From Oculatellaceae cyanobacterium bins.114 (GTDB lineage Bacteria; Cyanobacteriota; Cyanobacteriia; Elainellales; Elainellaceae): DNA of 45,688 nt. A program made the translations under genes and the position numbers. Position 1 is the stretch's first letter. Each line of letters begins with the position of its first letter. The notes beneath the pieces were generated by a model. The model worked only from the letters and a program-made list of their open reading frames with translations. It was not told the DNA's origin and made no database searches. Below, in pieces: positions 41,086 through 45,688 of this stretch. The DNA is taken from assembly GCA_033764315.1 (NCBI GenBank), contig JANRJA010000120.1, forward strand, positions 1 through 45,688. Direction: 5' to 3'.

Positions 41086-41517
41086 TGATGGATTCCTCCG
41101 AAAAGAAAGTGTAACCAGATTGTGTTTAAATCGGCGTTCATTACTGAACGGTTAACCCTCTAACAACAGCCCAATGATTTGCCAGAGTGCTGATTTAAGT
41201 TGAAAGGTTGTTCTAATTAATCTACCTTGTGTGGTTCCTCTGCGCGATCGCGTTTTTAGAAACACACAAGTCTTAAGGCTCATCTACCTTCCGCAAATAT
41301 TCTGCGGCATTTGGTTCACATTCTGAGTTACCTGTTAATACTTCTTAATGCTTGCCCTCAGAATTTCAACCCTCAAAGTGAAGCATCGGTTTTTATACAC
41401 AAAACCTAGATTTATGCAATACCTGTCAACTTAAGAAACAAAGAAAGGTATTGATTGGATTCAAACTTGAATTCAAACTTGATTTGTGTCATCAACTGTC
41501 TACAAATCGTAAAGATC

Positions 41518-41531
41518 GTAGCGTTCGTTAC
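41518..41531. promoter_or_regulatory. Candidate NtcA site in the apcA-guaB3 divergent region
   Basis: GTA-GCGTTCGT-TAC matches GTA-N8-TAC. Confidence 0.4.
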
Positions 41532-41774
41532 ACAGCGTTTTAGAAGGTGCCTCTTATGCTGCTGTTAATTGAGTCACAACAAATCCGTCACCAACCTTGG
41601 CGGGATGAAGGCACCTATTATGGGTGCCTTTTCCGTAGATCGGCCTCGTTTGGTTAAGAGTATGGTTAAGACGAGTGTAAAGGCGATCGCCCCGAATCTT
41701 CTTAGTCCTCTAAGCACAATCTGCTCTAGATTTGATAGTCTAGCTTAATGGGTCTTGCGTGAAAGGTTAGAGAC

Positions 41775-42938
41775 GTGGATATTCAAATTGGCAGGGGTAA
41801 AACCGCCCGCAGGGCATACGGGATTGATGAAATTGCGCTTGTCCCTGGACAGCGAACATTAGACCCAAAACTCGCTGATACAAGTTGGCGAATTGGAGGC
41901 ATTGAACGCGAAATTCCCATTATTGCCAGTGCAATGGATGGCGTAGTTGATGTGCGTATGGCAGCCGCACTGTCAAAACTGGGAGCACTGGGGGTATTAA
42001 ATCTGGAAGGCATTCAAACTCGGTATGCCGACCCCAATCCCATCCTCGATCGCATCGCGTCGGTTGACAAATCAGAGTTTGTGCCCCTGATGCAGCAACT
42101 CTATGCCGAGCCTGTCAAACCTGAATTAATTGAACAACGCATTCACGAAATTAAAGAGCAAGGTGGAATTGCAGCCGTTAGTGCTACCCCCATTGGCGCA
42201 TCGCTGTATGGTGCAGCGGTTGCTAAGGCTGGTGCTGATTTGTTCTTTATTCAAGCAACGGTTGTTTCGACAGCCCACCTGTCGCCCAACTCTGTCACCC
42301 CACTCGATCTAGCAGAATTTTGTCAAGAGATGCCAATGCCTGTAGCGTTAGGCAACTGTGTCACTTACGAAGTCGCCCTCAATTTGATGAAAGCGGGTGC
42401 AGCAGCTGTATTAGTGGGAATCGGCCCAGGTGCGGCTTGCACCTCACGGGGTGTGTTGGGGGTTGGGGTGCCTCAAGCCACCGCTGTGGCTGACTGTGCT
42501 GCGGCTCGTGACGACTATCACCGAGAGACAGGCAATTACGTTCCAGTCATTGCTGATGGTGGTTTAATTACAGGGGGCGATATCTGCAAGTGCATTGCCT
42601 GTGGTGCTGATGGAGTAATGATTGGTTCTCCGTTTGCCCGAGCCGCAGAAGCTCCTGGTCGCGGCTATCATTGGGGGATGGCAACTCCCAGTCCTGTATT
42701 GCCTCGTGGCACCCGCATTCGAGTGGGCACAACAGGCACCTTAGAGCAAATTTTGCGCGGGCCAGCTCAGCTAGATGATGGCACTCACAACCTGCTGGGG
42801 GCATTGCAAACCAGCATGGGGACGTTAGGGGCTAAGAATATCCGTGAAATGCAGCAAGTTGAGGTCGTTATTGCCCCATCGCTATTAACGGAGGGCAAGG
42901 TTTACCAGAAGGCGCAACAACTGGGCATGGGTAAGTAA
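41775..42938 (+). CDS. guaB: GuaB3-type IMP dehydrogenase family protein (no CBS domains)
   Basis: ASAMDGV, VGIGPGAACTSR, IADGG, HWGMAT; GTG start. Confidence 0.93.
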   Translation: MDIQIGRGKTARRAYGIDEIALVPGQRTLDPKLADTSWRIGGIEREIPIIASAMDGVVDVRMAAALSKLGALGVLNLEGIQTRYADPNPILDRIASVDKSEFVPLMQQLYAEPVKPELIEQRIHEIKEQGGIAAVSATPIGASLYGAAVAKAGADLFFIQATVVSTAHLSPNSVTPLDLAEFCQEMPMPVALGNCVTYEVALNLMKAGAAAVLVGIGPGAACTSRGVLGVGVPQATAVADCAAARDDYHRETGNYVPVIADGGLITGGDICKCIACGADGVMIGSPFARAAEAPGRGYHWGMATPSPVLPRGTRIRVGTTGTLEQILRGPAQLDDGTHNLLGALQTSMGTLGAKNIREMQQVEVVIAPSLLTEGKVYQKAQQLGMGK

Positions 42939-43111
42939 GCGTTGCCCCCTTAAAACAGGTCTAACGCCTATATAGAGCTAAAGCCAACTCGCAGCTAGTA
43001 TCTACAATACTCATCAAAAAGGGTACGCCATCGGGTTATTTGTCAAGTTAAAGACTAATAACTTTTTTACCCCCTAATAGCGATTTTGCTGGAAAAACCA
43101 TAACTGTCACT

Positions 43112-43117
43112 TACAAT
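43112..43117 (+). promoter_or_regulatory. -10 element of Yfr1
   Basis: TACAAT about 7 nt upstream of the predicted RNA 5' end. Confidence 0.6.
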
Positions 43118-43124
43118 AGGAGAT

Positions 43125-43200
43125 AGCGGAGACGAATGTTTCCGTTCACTCCTCACACCACACTCCGCCTGAACAGTATGTTCGGGCGGTTCCTATTTTT
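43125..43200 (+). ncRNA. yfr1: Yfr1 small RNA
   Basis: Invariant ACTCCTCACAC (43148-43158) between a 5' hairpin and the terminator hairpin CCGCCTGAACA-GTA-TGTTCGGGCGG; typical guaB-trxA location. Confidence 0.92.
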
Positions 43201-43599
43201 AAAGGGATACGGTTCAGGTCAGCCTCTAAGCATTGATGCAACCGTTTTAGTTCACCCCTTTGCATTTGCCCAAAATGCAACATAACTGTTGCTCATCATA
43301 CCTCTTCCTAGTTATACAACCGATGTGGGATCAAATCCGTTAGACGTTTGTAGGAGAATTGTAAGATTTTTCCCTTAACCATTGGATTGTCAGGAATGAA
43401 TTGCTAAATCGTAGAGATTTAAACATTGAGGCAGATAGCTGAGATAGTCAATGATTGACTGAGGCAGCGTCCTAATCTAGCCCAGTTCTCTATGCATTAC
43501 CCCCTCATTTATGTCTGATTGTGTAGAACATATAGCCGAGAACTGCCATATTCGTTATGGTAAAATTTCTGTAGATAACAATGCTAAGGGTTTTCAGGC

Positions 43600-43923
43600 A
43601 TGTCAGCAGCCGCACAAGTAACAGATTCTACCTTTAAACAAGAGGTACTTGACAGCGAAGTTCCAGTCCTCGTGGACTTTTGGGCTCCCTGGTGTGGTCC
43701 CTGTCGCATGGTAGCGCCTGTGGTTGATGAAATCGCTGAGCAATACAATGGGCAGGTCAAAGTTGTTAAAGTTAACACCGATGAAAATCCCAGTGTTGCC
43801 AGCCAGTATGGTATTCGCAGCATCCCAACACTGATGATTTTTAAGGGAGGACAGCGAGTCGATATGGTTGTCGGTGCAGTTCCAAAGACAACCCTTGCAA
43901 GCACTCTCGAAAAACACCTGTAA
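43600..43923 (+). CDS. trxA: Thioredoxin (m-type)
   Basis: [20 protein letters not shown]. Confidence 0.98.
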   Translation: MSAAAQVTDSTFKQEVLDSEVPVLVDFWAPWCGPCRMVAPVVDEIAEQYNGQVKVVKVNTDENPSVASQYGIRSIPTLMIFKGGQRVDMVVGAVPKTTLASTLEKHL

Positions 43924-44215
43924 TCAGTGACAGGGGCGATCGCACCTCAATGTAATAGGGTGGGATTTTTTGCACCTGATCTTATCGGGTGGGACATTAC
44001 AAGATGCTTGTAAGACTTGTCTTAGTTTAAACCTCTATCTTCCCCATTTGAGGCGATCGCCAATCTGAGTGGTGATTTCTTTGAGTGGGGATTTTTGAAT
44101 GGTTGATGACCCATTTTTGCGGGCTCATCAAAAAGGTCGGTAGGTCAGAAATCTCAGGAGTGAGTAGAGCGACACTGTTGAAAACTCGCTAAAATAGAGT
44201 GCTGCCAGTATAGAA

Positions 44216-45289
44216 ATGCTCATGGCTATATCTCCTTTACCCCGCCCTCTTGCATCGCTTCAAGAAGAGGTCGTTGAACTGATCAGTCAATTGCCCTCCA
44301 TCAAGCACGGCAACTTAATTCAGCAGGCACTAACGACACTGGTGCGTATGGCAGAGGTAGAAGCCGACCGACTCGATTGGAAGATTCTAAATGCCTCGTT
44401 GCAGGATATGGAACGAGCCTTTCGAGCATTTTATCCCTACCGCCATATTCGCAAGATCAGCATTTTTGGCTCTGCTCGAATGCAACCTGATAGCCCCGAA
44501 TATCAAATGGCTCTTGATTTTGCTCGTTGTGTGACTGAGCAAGGGTTCATGGTGATTACTGGGGGCGGCCCTGGAATCATGCAAGCTGGCAACGAAGGGG
44601 CTGGAGCTGATAAATCCTTTGGGCTAAATATTCAACTGCCGTTTGAGCAAGGCTCAAATCCATTCATAGAAGGAGATCCTAAACTTGTTAATTTCAAGTA
44701 TTTCTTCACTCGCAAACTATTCTTTTTAAAAGAAAGCGATGCACTCGCCTTGTTTCCTGGCGGATTTGGGACTCAAGATGAAGCGTTTGAGTGCTTGACT
44801 TTAATGCAAACAGGCAAGGCAGACATTATGCCATTAGTCTTAATTGACTCTCCTGGAGGAGATTATTGGCGTGGGTGGGATGCCTATATTCAAGGCCATT
44901 TGCTTCAACAGGGGTTGATCAGCCCTGGTGATCTCAATCTCTATACGATTACCGATCGTCTGGATGTGGCTTGTGAAGCGATCGCCAGCTTTTATCGGGT
45001 CTATCACTCTAGCCGTTATGTCGGAGATAAGTTGGTGCTGCGGCTCAATTATGAGTTGCCTGATGAGAAGCTTGAAGACCTCAATCAAAACTTTAGTGAC
45101 ATTTTGATCACGGGGCGCATTGAGAAAAGTGTGGCATTACCTCAAGAGCAAGAACATGAAATTGCAACCTTGCCTCGATTGGTCATGCATTTTAATCAAC
45201 GCGATTTAGGACGGTTATATCAGATGATCCGTCTGATTAATCAACTGGGAGTTGTTGCTCCTGAGGCGGCTCATCCAGAGCAGAAGTAG
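44216..45289 (+). CDS. LOG family (lysine-decarboxylase-like) nucleotide-binding protein
   Basis: IFGSAR, TGGGPGIMQAGN, FKYFFTRK, PGGFGTQDE. Confidence 0.9.
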   Translation: MLMAISPLPRPLASLQEEVVELISQLPSIKHGNLIQQALTTLVRMAEVEADRLDWKILNASLQDMERAFRAFYPYRHIRKISIFGSARMQPDSPEYQMALDFARCVTEQGFMVITGGGPGIMQAGNEGAGADKSFGLNIQLPFEQGSNPFIEGDPKLVNFKYFFTRKLFFLKESDALALFPGGFGTQDEAFECLTLMQTGKADIMPLVLIDSPGGDYWRGWDAYIQGHLLQQGLISPGDLNLYTITDRLDVACEAIASFYRVYHSSRYVGDKLVLRLNYELPDEKLEDLNQNFSDILITGRIEKSVALPQEQEHEIATLPRLVMHFNQRDLGRLYQMIRLINQLGVVAPEAAHPEQK

Positions 45290-45594
45290 TCAGTTAAGGG
45301 CTTACTCTAAACGTTGCGTCATGCGGCCTATGTTGACTGACTCAGAACTATGGTCAATTAGAAAAGACCCAATAGAATATTAGAATCAGGGCAGTTTGAG
45401 TCTGAGTTAAACTCATTCTTATCATTCTTAAACTCAAAGCTAGCCTGCCTTTAGGGTGCGTCAGGGACTCTGGCAAACGTGCGATCACCATCATTTTAGA
45501 TGAAGTTGAGCAAGTCATCTCTGTAGCAACAGTCTGTCAGCGGGAGCACGTCGTGTTGCTCAAGTTTGCCTTTTTAGCCATCCTATGGATGGCA

Positions 45595-45688
45595 TATAGC
45601 AGTCCTAAATCATTTGTGAAATTAGGAGGTTGTGAGAGTCGCCCCCCCCCCGGGGGCGACACACACCAACCCAATATGATTTGGAAAT
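45595..45688. mobile_element. MITE-like repeat, same family as 69-148, opposite orientation, running off the window end
   Basis: TATAGCAGTCCTAAATCATTTGTGA..AGGTTGTGAG; internal hairpin GTCGCCCCC..GGGGGCGAC. Confidence 0.65.

Noticed and set aside
43584-43917. Two antisense ORFs spanning trxA
   Set aside because: Shadow frames of a highly conserved gene, with no RBS or motif support
45290-45594. Small ORFs or ncRNA after the LOG gene
   Set aside because: Only very short ORFs and weak hairpins; nothing recognisable

Overview
A 45.7-kb stretch of mostly core chromosome from a cyanobacterium. The evidence is apcABC, psbZ, petH, prk, a very high density of the HIP1 octamer GCGATCGC, and Yfr1 between guaB3 and trxA. 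A filamentous Oculatella/Leptolyngbya-like lineage is only a guess. The left end is accessory-looking: a secreted Ig-repeat/SGNH-esterase/RTX protein and two tandem GMC oxidoreductases. The rest holds housekeeping genes (ftsH, petH, prk, tenA, crtE, folD, hemL, a proA-like gene, ribH, psbZ, a tRNA nucleotidyltransferase, dnaE, tatA, apcABC, guaB3, trxA), one tRNA-Gly(GCC) and several families of short dispersed repeats. No CRISPR array, transposase, prophage or defence locus was seen. Best leads: (1) a ~27-nt hairpin micro-element that inserts into HIP1 sites, with four copies, two of them in-frame inside folD and a metalloprotease gene; (2) a contiguous, intein-free dnaE that keeps the AEY|CFNK split-intein junction; (3) a DUF4278/PirA-like fusion behind an NtcA-occluded promoter; (4) an SGNH domain grafted inside an RTX repeat unit; (5) a Cache-HAMP-PAS sensor with no output domain; (6) LexA-type boxes before a DUF45 metalloprotease and dnaE; (7) two apparent pseudo-enzymes. 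All family calls come from motif recognition, without database searches.
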